A stretch of 64,000 nt of DNA. Source: Rhizophagus irregularis (lineage: Eukaryota). The first letter of the stretch is position 1; the number at the start of each line of letters is the position of its first letter. The DNA lies in NCBI RefSeq assembly GCF_026210795.1, contig NC_089436.1, positions 2,294,001 to 2,358,000 on the forward strand, in the 5' to 3' direction. Shown piece after piece: positions 53,100-64,000 of the stretch. The notes beneath the pieces are model-generated. The model was given only the letters and a program-made list of their open reading frames with translations. It did not search any database and was not told the origin of the DNA. The translations under genes were made by a program, and so were the position numbers.

Positions 53100-53810
53100 A
53101 TAAAAAACATTGTGAAAACATTTTTTGTATAATATTATATTAAAAAAAAATGTTTTGCAACGTTTTTTTTAATTCTTTAATAAAAAATGTTGCAAAAACA
53201 TTTTTTTCACAATATTATATTAGAAAAAAACATTTTGCAACGTTTTTTTGATTCTTTAGTAAAAAATATTGCAAAACCATTTTTTTCATAATATTATATT
53301 AGAAAAAAACATTTTACAACATTTTTTTTAATTCTTTAGTAAAAAACATTGCAAAAACATTTTTTTCACTATATTATATTAGTTTGCACCATTTTTTTTA
53401 ATTCTTTAATAAAAAAATGTTGCAAAAACGTTTTTTGTATAATATTATATTAAAAAAAATGTTTTGCAACATTTTTTTAATTCTTTAATAAAAAATGTTG
53501 CGAAAACGTTTTTTGTATAATATTATATTAAAAAAATGTTTCACACCATTTTTTTAATTCTTCAATAAAAAATGTTGCAAAAACGTTTTTTTAATTCTTC
53601 AATAAAAAATGTTGCAAAAATGTTTTTTTAATTCTTCAATAAAAAATGTTGCAAAAACGTTTTTTTCACAAGAAAAAATGTTTTGCAACATTTTTTTTAA
53701 TTTTTTAATAAAAAATGTTGCAAAAACGTTTTGTTCATAATATTATATTAGAAAACGTTTTGCAACATTTTTTTAATTTTTTAGTAAAAAATGTTGCAGA
53801 ACATTTTTCT
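53100..53810. repeat. ~75-bp minisatellite (GTTGCAAAAACGTTTT core)
   Basis: About nine degenerate units; shorter array of the same unit at 29150-29505. Confidence 0.9.
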
Positions 53811-53862
53811 GAAGATAAAGCTCGAGTCTGGCTTAGCTCAAGCTATGATTTTCATGGCTTGG

Positions 53863-55794
53863 CAGGACTCTAAAGAATACATATACAACTCAGATCCAGA
53901 CCCAAAATTTTAATATAATTTTATACACCTAATTTTATTAGAAGCTTTATATAAAATCATCACATAAGCTCAAATTTTATTATAAATTATACAATTATAA
54001 TCTGAGTTTATATAAAAAAAAATTTTTTAAAGAAAAATTTCAAATAAATTTTATTAAAAATTTTAATAAATATTATTAAAAATTATTTAAAAATTCTAAC
54101 AAATACTTAAAAATTTTTTTTAAAAAAAATTATTAAAAAATAACTTAAATAAAATTTTTAAATAAAATTATATGTTAAAAATTTTAAATACCTTATAGAT
54201 ATTGATGCCCAATATGTATAATATAATAAGTTTTATGCAAAAATTTGGATGTAAACCCACCTACCAAAAGTATCTGGGCACTTTTAAAAAATGACTATTA
54301 AATCACATTATTTCGATATCCAGTGATCAGAATTTAATGATTTATGATTCATTGAATTCATCTAATCGAGACGCATCTAACTGCAGTATTTTCAAGTCTG
54401 TAAATTCAATAGATCAGAAGTTATTATTAAATATCTAAAAATAGTAAAATGCAAATAACCTTTGATCCATTAATCCTAAAGACATGAAAATAATAGATAC
54501 AATGTACCTTAAACAGACAAATCTAATGAGTCATATTTCATCTTACTAGGTTTAATATGGAAGAAAACGTTATGAAATTTGTATTTGCTAAATTTTTAAA
54601 GATGAAAAATGAATTACTTCATAAAGTTAAATCATATTATTTCAATAATCAGTGATCAGAATTTAATTATTTATGATTCAATGAATTCATATTATCAAAA
54701 TGCATCTAATTGCATTATTTTTATGTTTTTAAATTGGATGGATCAGATGTTATTCTCAACAGTAAAATGCAAATAATTCATTTTTTATCTTTAAAAATTT
54801 AGCAAATACAAATTTTATAATGTTTTTTTCCATATTAAACCTAGTAAGATGAAATATGACTCATTAGATTTGTCTTGTTAAAGTACATTGTATCTATTAT
54901 TTTCATGTCTCTAGAATTGATCAAAAGTTATTTGCATTTTACTGTTTTTAGACATTCAACGATAACTTCTGATCTATTGAACTTACAGATTTGAAAATAC
55001 TGCCATTTTTTAGAAGTGCCTGAATACTTTTGGCAGGTGGGTCATGGGTGTATACTACAAAATAAAAGAAAATACATTTTGTTATATATCTCACCACTCA
55101 GTGATCGTAAAAAGATAAAATACAGCTCATTGGATTTGTCTTGACAAGACGAATTGAATGGTAGTAGTTTCGTATTTCTAGGTGTGATAGTTGTTAAGCT
55201 ATACCACACATCGGCACTTTATATTTTCGTCTACTGTACATTTTTACATTTTATCACATAACTCGGCATCTATCATGCCTAGAAATATGAAACTACCACC
55301 ATTCGACTCAATATATTGAGACGAATCTAATAAGCTGTGTTTTATTTCTCTACGATCACTAGATGCTAAGATATGTAATAAAATGTATTTTTTTAATTTT
55401 ATAAATGAATTTTAAAAAAATTTCTTCATTTTTATTAAAAAAATGTCTTTAAACAAACTCTTAAAAACTTCTTAAACAAAAAACAATTTCTATTAAAAAA
55501 TATTTCAAGTGTTTTTTAAAACAAATAAAAAAAAATATTTTAAAAATTTTTTAAACAAAAAATAAAAAAAACTTTAAAAAATTTTAAACGTATATAAAAA
55601 AAATTTTAATATCTGTTATATAAAATGAAAATTTTACTTATTGTAAAAATCATTATTGTTATACAAATAAAATCTGACTTTTTGCGTAACTGTTATTTGA
55701 TTATATAATTTCGAATATATAACTTATTAAGAAATTACATAATAAGTTTATATAAAATTGGATTCCAGTATTATATGTATTCTTTGAGGTCCTG
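53863..55794. mobile_element. Non-autonomous TIR element (CAGGAC ends)
   Basis: CAGGACTCTAAAGAATACATATA / TATATGTATTCTTTGAGGTCCTG; apparent 6-bp TSD GCT(T/C)GG judged against the uninterrupted host copy near 29095. Confidence 0.8.
54254..55044. mobile_element. Nested TIR element
   Basis: ACCCACCTACCAAAAGTAT...ATACTTTTGGCAGGTGGGT; approximate TSD TGG(A/G)TGTA. Confidence 0.8.
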
Positions 55795-56007
55795 GCTCGG
55801 TTCAGTTCACTTTAGCTTGAGCCAAAATTTTTATGGTTTGGCTTATTCTGGCTCAGGCCAGAATTTTTTTTTTTTAAGCTGAATTGAATTAGACTGTGGC
55901 TCAGCTTAAACCAGCTCATGCGGAGTTTTAACTATTTTTTATTGACCTTAATTCTTGTTGATTTTAAATACATTTATCATAATCATGAACAGTAAGAAAT
56001 TCCATAT

Positions 56008-56304
56008 TAGTATTTGGAATCGAATATATTCGAATATACTCGAATATTCATTTAAATTTATAAAGTGTATTCGAAATTTCGAATAATATTCGAATAAGTT
56101 AAATTTTTTTTTATAGTAATGATTTACATAATTTTTGGCCTGAATTATGATTTTAACTCAGTTAAATTTAAGGATTTAATGTCCAATTAGAATTTTAACT
56201 ATACTATATATGGCTAAATGAATACTTAAATAACCACTATGCTTATTCGAATACTTGAATATACTCGAGTTATTTGAATAACTGTTACATGAGTCCAAAC
56301 ACTA
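56008..56304. mobile_element. hAT-type MITE (TTCGAATA repeats)
   Basis: TAGTATTTGGA...TCCAAACACTA, TSD TTCCATAT. Confidence 0.9.
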
Positions 56305-56431
56305 TTCCATATTATTTTCATATAAATCATCAAATCTCCACATTTCAGTTTGCTAATAATAACTTTTTCCTAATTTATTCATAAAATTTCTATCAATATA
56401 ATTTATAATTAATTTAAAATCAATACCTTTA

Positions 56432-59098
56432 AAATTACATAAATAGGTTAACATAGACCATTGGTGGTGAAAACATGCCCATTAGAGAAATATTTATAAC
56501 ACATAGATGTTTCAATTTATTACGAAAAATTAGAACTTCAAATTCATACTCACTTATATATGCTAGCCAATTAATATTACCTTCTGGACACACTATGAGT
56601 TGGGCATGTTATCGTTTCATTGCAGGGCTATCAGCAAAAGGATACATAGCCAAATAGTTTCAATTATTAACCTGATAGATTAAGGGATAAAGGGAATATC
56701 AGCACCAGAAATGCCTAGATATTCCTTATTTAACTTTTTGAGTAATATACTGTATTACAACCGGTATCAGAGAACAAGCGAAAACACCTATATGTTATAA
56801 TAAAAGATAAAAACAATGAAGTCTCAATAGGATTTGTTAAGAAAAGAACACAGATAAAGAAAAATGGAGAAAAAATTAAATGTTTAATTATAAAAGTTTG
56901 TAATATTGAAATATGTTCAGATAATTCTCAAAAAGCAATTATTCAAAAACAAAAATATTCCAAGATGATTACAATAACTCAACATAATGCATTAGTATTA
57001 CCAATTTTTATTTGTTTATCAACAGGTGCAATTATACATATTGACTGGTATAGTGGAATCGTTAAATAGAACTAAAAATATTTCAGCAAATATTGATATA
57101 CAACAATTGGAAAAAACACCTACAATTAATTTGAATGAAAATAATTTAGGTCTATGGATCAATCGATGGATTGAGCAAGATACACTTAAACAAGAACTTA
57201 CAAATATAAGACATCAATTAAAGTCACTGAAAAATATTGAATATTATACAGATGAATCACTGGCTAATCGAACTATAGATAATAATGATCTTTTACATAG
57301 AGCAGATAATACTACTGTGAACTTAGAGGCAGCATTCTATACAAATAATGAATTAGGAGAATTTTCAGTATATTTATGTTTATCTTTATGGCCATCATCA
57401 ATTAGGGCAGAAATAGTAGTTATTTTTTTGGCATTGTTGACAGCACCAGAAAATTCTAATATAACTATTTATACAGACAGCTTAGGTGCTATTAATTCAA
57501 TTAATTCAGCTTTTAATTCAACAACTAGAGCATGACTTAAAAAGACCAATAATCTAATCATTATTAAAATAATCATGCTGATTAGAGAAACATCTATAAA
57601 CTTAAAGTTGGTTAAAATAAAAGGTCATAGTGGCATAACAGGCAATGATATAGCTGATAAATTAGCAAAGAAAGGACAATGTGAAAACAATTTATTTAGG
57701 AATAATGTAGATTTTATTAATAATATATTATCTTACTTTTCTGTTTTTATAGATAAACCTATTGAAGTCAATATTAGAAGATTTATTTTGAAAATATTAG
57801 CTACAGGTGAAGCTACTGAATAGTCATTGTTAAAAAATAATCAGGAATTATGTTATGGAGATGTTAATCAGATAGACTGGAAAATTACTTGGCTTATTTT
57901 CCATTATTGCAAGAGGTTTCACTGCATTAGCATGAGAATTAACTATTTATGGACTTTTATAGCAAAATTATTTCATAAAATCCTTCCTTTAGAATTCATT
58001 CTAGCAACAAGAAAACTAAAACTCTACAAGGAAATGAAATGTATTATAAAATGTAATAAGAAGGAAAATTGGAATCATTTATTTAAATGTCAGGCATATG
58101 TGGTAGTTTGACAAAAAATATTAGAAATTACAATAAAAAAATCTATAATTATATGTTTAAAACAAAAACAAATTAGATGTAAAGGTGAAGATTTTATTAG
58201 AAAAGTATTACAAAACATATTAGAAGTTACAGCAAAATAAGAAAAATTTCAAAAGTTTTAACATTTTTGGTATTAGAAATGAAAGTTGAAATTTATCTAA
58301 CAATAAGATTACAAAAAGACTTCAAGATATCTCTTGCTAAGGTACAGACACTTATGGCCAATATTTTAATTCAATTCATTCTAGCATTTAAAGAATTAAT
58401 GTGGAAATCAAGATGTGAACAAGTTATTTTATAGGAAAAAAGAGAAGGTATTTCTCGAACAGATAAAATTACTTCAAAATCAAAAGCAAAGGATAATTCA
58501 AATCAACCTTCAGAATTCAAAGTAAAAAACAATTCAAATCAACTTTCAAATAAAGTTAAAATTTTACAAATAGGAAAAGTAGATCAATTACAAAAATCAG
58601 TCTCTTTGGTAAAAAAATCAATGGATACCTTTGTAAGAAAATATATATGTGAAGATTGGATTCTGATAAAAAAGAAAGTTAATAAAATTACGTTATATAT
58701 GAGCAAAAAATTATTGGATTGATAGTTACAAAAATAATATTTTTATTCTTTTCTCAATTATATTTATTTTTATTTATAATTTTAGATATATAATCTATTA
58801 ATTATTGTTATTTTTATTTTTATTTTTATTTTTATTTTTATTTTTATTTTTGTTTTTGTTTTTATTTTTGATTTTCTTTTAATGGTTTATATATTTTATA
58901 TTTTTAGATTATAGTATATTATTTTGCTATACTTTTTGTTTACTTTTATTCTTAATTTTATTGGTAATATAATATCTAATGTTTGATCGGATTAGCCTGG
59001 AGCTGGAAGTATCATTCATAGAATATTTGTGATTATTATATAGTCCAAATATATTCTAATAAAATGATACATGATTCAACATTTAAAAAAAAAAAAAA
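56432..59098 (+). mobile_element. 5'-truncated LINE C (RNase H and C-terminal region, poly-A tail)
   Basis: YYTDES, RAEIV, IYTDSLGAI, KGHSGITGNDIADKLAK; A-tail 59085-59098; TSD AATCAA(T/C)ACCTTTA. Confidence 0.9.
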
Positions 59099-59563
59099 TC
59101 AACACCTTTAGGATTATGAATTGAAATATTATTTAATGAATAAAAAGGTATTTTAGGTATATTAGAATTTGAATTTAATAATATTGTTACAAAATGATTA
59201 ATATCATGTGTTTTCAATAAAATTGGTTGATTTCTTCAGTGAATATTATGATAATTATCAATATTAAGTATAAACATATTTTCAATATTTTGTAAACAGT
59301 AATTATTTATAGTATCTTGATGACTTTCAGAAATAAGAGCTTTTTGACGATTTACTGTTTTTCTTGTTATTGAAAATCCTATATTTGCTAATATATCAAT
59401 AGAAGATGAAGATGTACCAGAAGTTTGTAAATATGATCCAATATGCTTTAAAACTATTAATATATTTATTATTAATACTAGCCAAAAAATAACATAAAGA
59501 AACTAATTTTTTCTTATTATTTTCATTTGTTTTATCAGATTTAGTATAAGGATTAGTTCCAAT

Positions 59564-59713
59564 TAGAGCTCCAAAAATGACTCGCATAAACTCGCATTTT
59601 TGACTCACATAATTGTAAATTTCATTTAATTATATTCTAACTTAATAAAAAGTACTTTAAAATTAAGGTTTTTGACTCGTGACTCGACTCAACTCGACTC
59701 ATTAGGAGCTCTA
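59564..59713. mobile_element. hAT-type MITE
   Basis: TAGAGCTCC...GGAGCTCTA, TSD GTTCCAAT. Confidence 0.92.
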
Positions 59714-61118
59714 GTTCCAATATATAATTCATCAAAAAAGCCAATTAAATTTTCATCAGCTGTTTCAAGCATTTTCTTAAAAGCTGTTGGATCATAAATA
59801 GGCTTTTGGTTTAATTTATGCTGATTATTGTAAAGAATATTGGACATTTTTATTATCTTATCACTTAAACTAACTTCATTTGGAATTGTTATATGCTCTA
59901 AAATTTCTTAAAAATCCAATTTAAGTTGTTTCAATTCTTCTTCACTATAAAAAACATCATTTCTTAATATATAAGAATAATTACCAACTTGTAAAATATT
60001 ATTGTCAATTTGCTTTTTTCTTTGGAATTGGTGCTTTATATTCTTCAGTTTGTAAATACTCGGGATTTTTATTAGTTTTTTTTTTACATATACTACAAAT
60101 TTCTGCAAATTCATCTAATTCTAATACTTCAATTAATCTCTTTAGAACTTTTTTAAGATTAAGTTTTTTTGACTTTATATTTGCATTTTTTGATTGTGTT
60201 TTGTAAATATCATGTTTTAAATGAGAACAAGATTTATTATATTCAAGATTACGAGTTTTATTCACAATAAATTTGTTAGAATGAGTTTGGCATAGCTTCA
60301 TGCCAACTAAAATAATTTCTTTTTTTGTTACTGGAACATTTGTATTCTTGGTAATTGTTCTAATTATTCCCTTGCAATCAGTAGAAAAAAAATTACAGAT
60401 ATTTAATGTGGTTTCTATTTCCATTTTTAATTTAAATTTTAAATAATTTATTTTTCAAAAATAAAGAATTTTTTATAAAAAAAATTAGAAACAACTAATG
60501 ACAAATTTAGTTATGTAAATTTTATTTGCTATTAAAATTCATACAAAGTCTGAAAATTAATGTTTTCAAAAATCTAAAAATTAACTAAAACCCGAAAATG
60601 AGCTGAATTTTAATAATAATTAGAAAATTAAATTGTTTTAATGATATCATGACAACCAGTGATTAGAATTTAATGTTTTGTAGCTTGTTAGATCCATCTC
60701 ATCAAGACGATCATTTTGATAGTAATTTCATAAATTTTTACATCAAATTGATTGAGAAATTGCATTTTGAAAATTTCTATTTATTATATAGATTATAACC
60801 ATATAATTGCAAGTATAAATTTAGCCATAACTTCTTAATTACCTAAAATTATGAATGATTACTTCAGCCATTAATTTTAAATCAGTTAAACCATATGGAC
60901 GGATTCGACTCAACAGCATCACCCCCGTAACAAATAAAATGCGATCACACCCCATCAGAATCATATCACATTATATGTAAGATTTGATTGGTTTTGAAAA
61001 CAATTATATATTACTTGAATTAGAAATTGCGTTTTGTGCGTCAGTTTTGTTAAAAATTAAAAATGCGAAAATGAATTTTTTTACTTTATACGTACGTTTT
61101 ATATAATTTTGTTTTACG

Positions 61119-61677
61119 ATGCCATATACTTGTTTTCTTTGTTCTGAAAATACTCCTAAAACTTTCTCATCTAAAAACTCACTTTTTATTCATGAAAGAA
61201 CTGTTCACCCAAATAATAAAATAATACCTCACTCGCGCAGGTTAACTTCTCCATCTTTATACGATATTCACCACTTTAAACATTCTTTTATAATGCAGTT
61301 AAAGGCACGCTTACAATTTCATAGAAGTGAACCTCGAGTAAAAACTTTAAAAATGGGGCCCTTTTCTGAAGGACTTTTTATTATTTTATTCTACAATGAA
61401 CCAACTTTTCAATATTCTCCAGCAAAAAGAATGTATACTTGTAAGTTTGAAGGTGGTCAAGGATATGAACAATTAGGAATTCTTTTTGATAATAAAAACT
61501 GGGGTAGTAAAAAGCGGCGAACAGGGGACATGTGCATATGTTTTAATGCAGAACGCGCAAGAAACTTATGATGTTACTTTCTGTCGTGTGTACAAAGATT
61601 CAAATATGCAGTTACGTTGTGGTTCTATGCGTTTTGAATTTAATGTTGATGTAAGAGATTTTGTAGAAGGTAATTGA
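61119..61677 (+). pseudogene. C2H2-finger partner gene (one frameshift near 61525)
   Basis: YTCFLC...SLFIHERTVH; GYEQLGILFDNKNWGSKKRRTG then TCAYVLM in the next frame. Confidence 0.8.
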
Positions 61678-61799
61678 AAATTTTATATATGTATAATAAC
61701 TTAGAAGATTTTGGAATGTAGAAAAAAAAATTTAGAAATATAGTTTATAAATTTAAAATTATAGAAATAAAGTATGAAAAGATTATTTTTTATTTACAT

Positions 61800-64000
61800 T
61801 ATTTTCCATTTAATGAAAAACTGAAGTATTTACATAGGTTCACAACGCTATTATATTGTTCATATATATTAAATGTATGATTACACCATTAGGTTTTAAT
61901 GTCCATTGTTTTTCGTGTATATTTAATTGGAGTATTATGTATCTGATAGAACAATTATCGGTTTTCATAATATAGAATATCATGAATTACAGGTTTTTTT
62001 GATTTTCCTCCACCCATTGTTGTTCCTCCAAAAAATAGCCGTACCTAAAACAAGAATATGTTAATAAATTATTTAATCAAAAAATGCTAAATAAAATATT
62101 ACAAATTGTGAATTTAATTAGTTTAAATGTATTTACCTGTTGATGATTTTTCTTTTCTATACTTGATGTTGAAAAATGCCGCAATACCATTCCTTTTTGT
62201 TTTAGATATCGCATAAATTGAGGTACATGTTGAGCAAGCACATGCATATAAGGTGTAACGTCTGTGCGCAAATACATTCCTTCTTGTTGATTAATACTAT
62301 TCAGATCACCAATAGTAGGACGACAAAAATCACGAATCCATTGTTTTGCATCAACTTCAAATTGATTGATTTTCTCATCTGTTATAGACTTTTGACGCAT
62401 AATTTTATAAAGATTATAAAATTTACGCCAAAGGTATTCAATATCTTGCCCTCTTGCAGCTTTTCGTCCTTCAAAAAGATGTTTAATCTGAAATTCTTTC
62501 AATATTTTTTCCTTATCGTGCACCCTATGCGTTATGTCCATTCCCATTTTCCATTTTTCGTAGTAGGAGAATAAAACTCAAAATGAATATGTAATCTTTT
62601 CATTTCTGCAATTATCAATGGTTGTGTGTTATTTGCAAAATCTTTTTGTTTAACAAGTTCATAAAATAGACATTGAAAAAGCACATCAGAAATTCGCAAC
62701 ATAAGATGCAATTCATCTGTGATCCAATTATTTTGATCAATTTCTTGAAAAAGCATTGTATTTTTACATCCTATAACAAATATTAATTTTTTTAATTTTT
62801 AATTTAATATTTTAAATAAAAAATACAATAAAATCAAATATATACCACGTGTATTTTTTGAGTTTAACCATACTTTATCCATATCATATCTCTCATCTTT
62901 ATGATAATTACAATATAAACAGAAGTAATTGGATGTTGCCGCATTAATTCCTAAAACTAATGCTACGAATTTCCAATCACCTGAAAAAAAAAGTTCAATC
63001 GGCCAAATTGTATTATTTGAATCTTTATATCCATTTATCTTTAATTGTTCAAGTTCTTGTGAAAATTTGGCCGATACAATTGATAAAGAATTATAAGATT
63101 CCTTTCCTATATATAAACAAATACTATGTACAACAATATTATAAATAAATCATGTATAATAATTAAAATTGACAATATATACATAATACCTGTATTGATG
63201 AGCAGGATTCAGAACGCCCTCTTTTTCATTAAGAATACACATAGTAAGCATCACATGCTTTTGCTTTCGCCCTACATTTCTCCCATCTCCACTCAATTTT
63301 ATATTAATCTTATCTCCAACTTTTAAAATAGGAGGTGTTGAAGTTGTTAAAATAGGAACTATAATATCTAATAGAGATATAATAGATCGGTATGCACCAT
63401 TGCCCACATCATCATCATTAAGTTCTATTCCACTAATATCTTGTTGATTTTCATTATCATTATCATCATCAAGATTAACACTTTGCAAATTAAATGGTTT
63501 AATTGGAATAAGGGAATTCATTATTTTTGTGATTTCATTTCGGCGTTTTTCAATTACATGTTCTCTTATTAAATTTGGAACAGCTTTAGCTAATCTGCGA
63601 TAACTATTACGCGAAATTAATATTTCATCACAAGCACGGATAATTGAATCTATGTGTTGTGTAAAATCAGTTACATTGTCAGGATGGAAATGTAACTCTA
63701 CAATTTCACCATTAATTTTAAGAACTATAGCTTCAATAGTTGCAATAATTTCTTCAGATGGTGAAGTAAATTTATTTTTTTTGAGAATTGACATAGTTTG
63801 TGTTGCAATTTCCTTTCCAACCATTGAAATGCGTTTATTTTTTTGTGATTGTGATGTAAGTTCAGTAAAATATCATTTGCGATTAGCAGGTGTAATAGAT
63901 TGTTGTGGCTGACAAGCAATAATTTTGCGAATTTGATGTAAAAAACCTATATCTAAACCAAAAAGGGTTGTACCAGAAACTCGTGAATTGGGTTTATTAC
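61800..64000 (-). pseudogene. RAG1/Transib-like DDE transposase, multi-exon, 5' part outside the window
   Basis: KLSGDGRNVG, FFSGDWKF, SNYFCLYC, DELHLMLRI, TPYMHVLAQHVP, FSTSSIEKKNH. Confidence 0.8.

Larger units (their letters stand above)
45614..55930. mobile_element. Non-autonomous hAT-type element with nested insertions
   Basis: TAAAGTTTCACATGAG...CTCATGCGGAGTTTTA; 8-bp TSD (G/A)CTATTTT. Confidence 0.85.
43623..60891 (-). mobile_element. Large Academ-like DNA transposon hosting many insertions; other end probably beyond the window
   Basis: Terminus AACAGGGTGGACAT resembles the 22890 TIR; minus-strand gene pieces 60424-59100, 56430-55930, 45610-44270 with IDNYHNIH, CDWPGQ, GPLHVFLN, FNDYFIENF and a C-terminal CGHSYH..C..CKYC finger. 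Confidence 0.6.
60892..64000. mobile_element. CATATG-terminus two-gene DNA transposon, copy 2 (runs off the window)
   Basis: Left end CATATGGACGGATTCGAC; same gene pair and orientation as 13660-17648. Confidence 0.8.

Noticed and set aside
58810..58870. (TTTTTA)n microsatellite
   Set aside because: Ordinary T-rich 3' UTR of LINE C.

Overview
Very AT-rich, intron-containing eukaryotic DNA, most consistent with a Glomeromycota (Rhizophagus-like) fungal genome (inferred from composition and TE families). About 90% of the window is nested, mostly decayed transposable elements around one apparently intact host gene, a two-exon Pcl/Clg1-type cyclin (38826-40518). Elements delimited by eye from TIRs and TSDs: two long APE-RT-RNaseH LINEs and one 5'-truncated LINE, two copies of an ORF1-only retroelement, two Tc1 elements, a BED-hAT element, an Academ-like element, CACTA-like and MULE remnants and many MITEs. 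The most unusual signals are (1) a 33-bp 14-5-14 imperfect palindrome, usually with a CAGTGATC box starting 29 bp upstream, shared by at least six unrelated DNA-transposon families; (2) a two-gene transposon family with CATATG termini, an apparent 1-bp TSD, a RAG1/Transib-like transposase and a convergent C2H2 partner gene; (3) an inversion revealed by a split MULE gene. Coordinates were read manually and may be off by a few bases.
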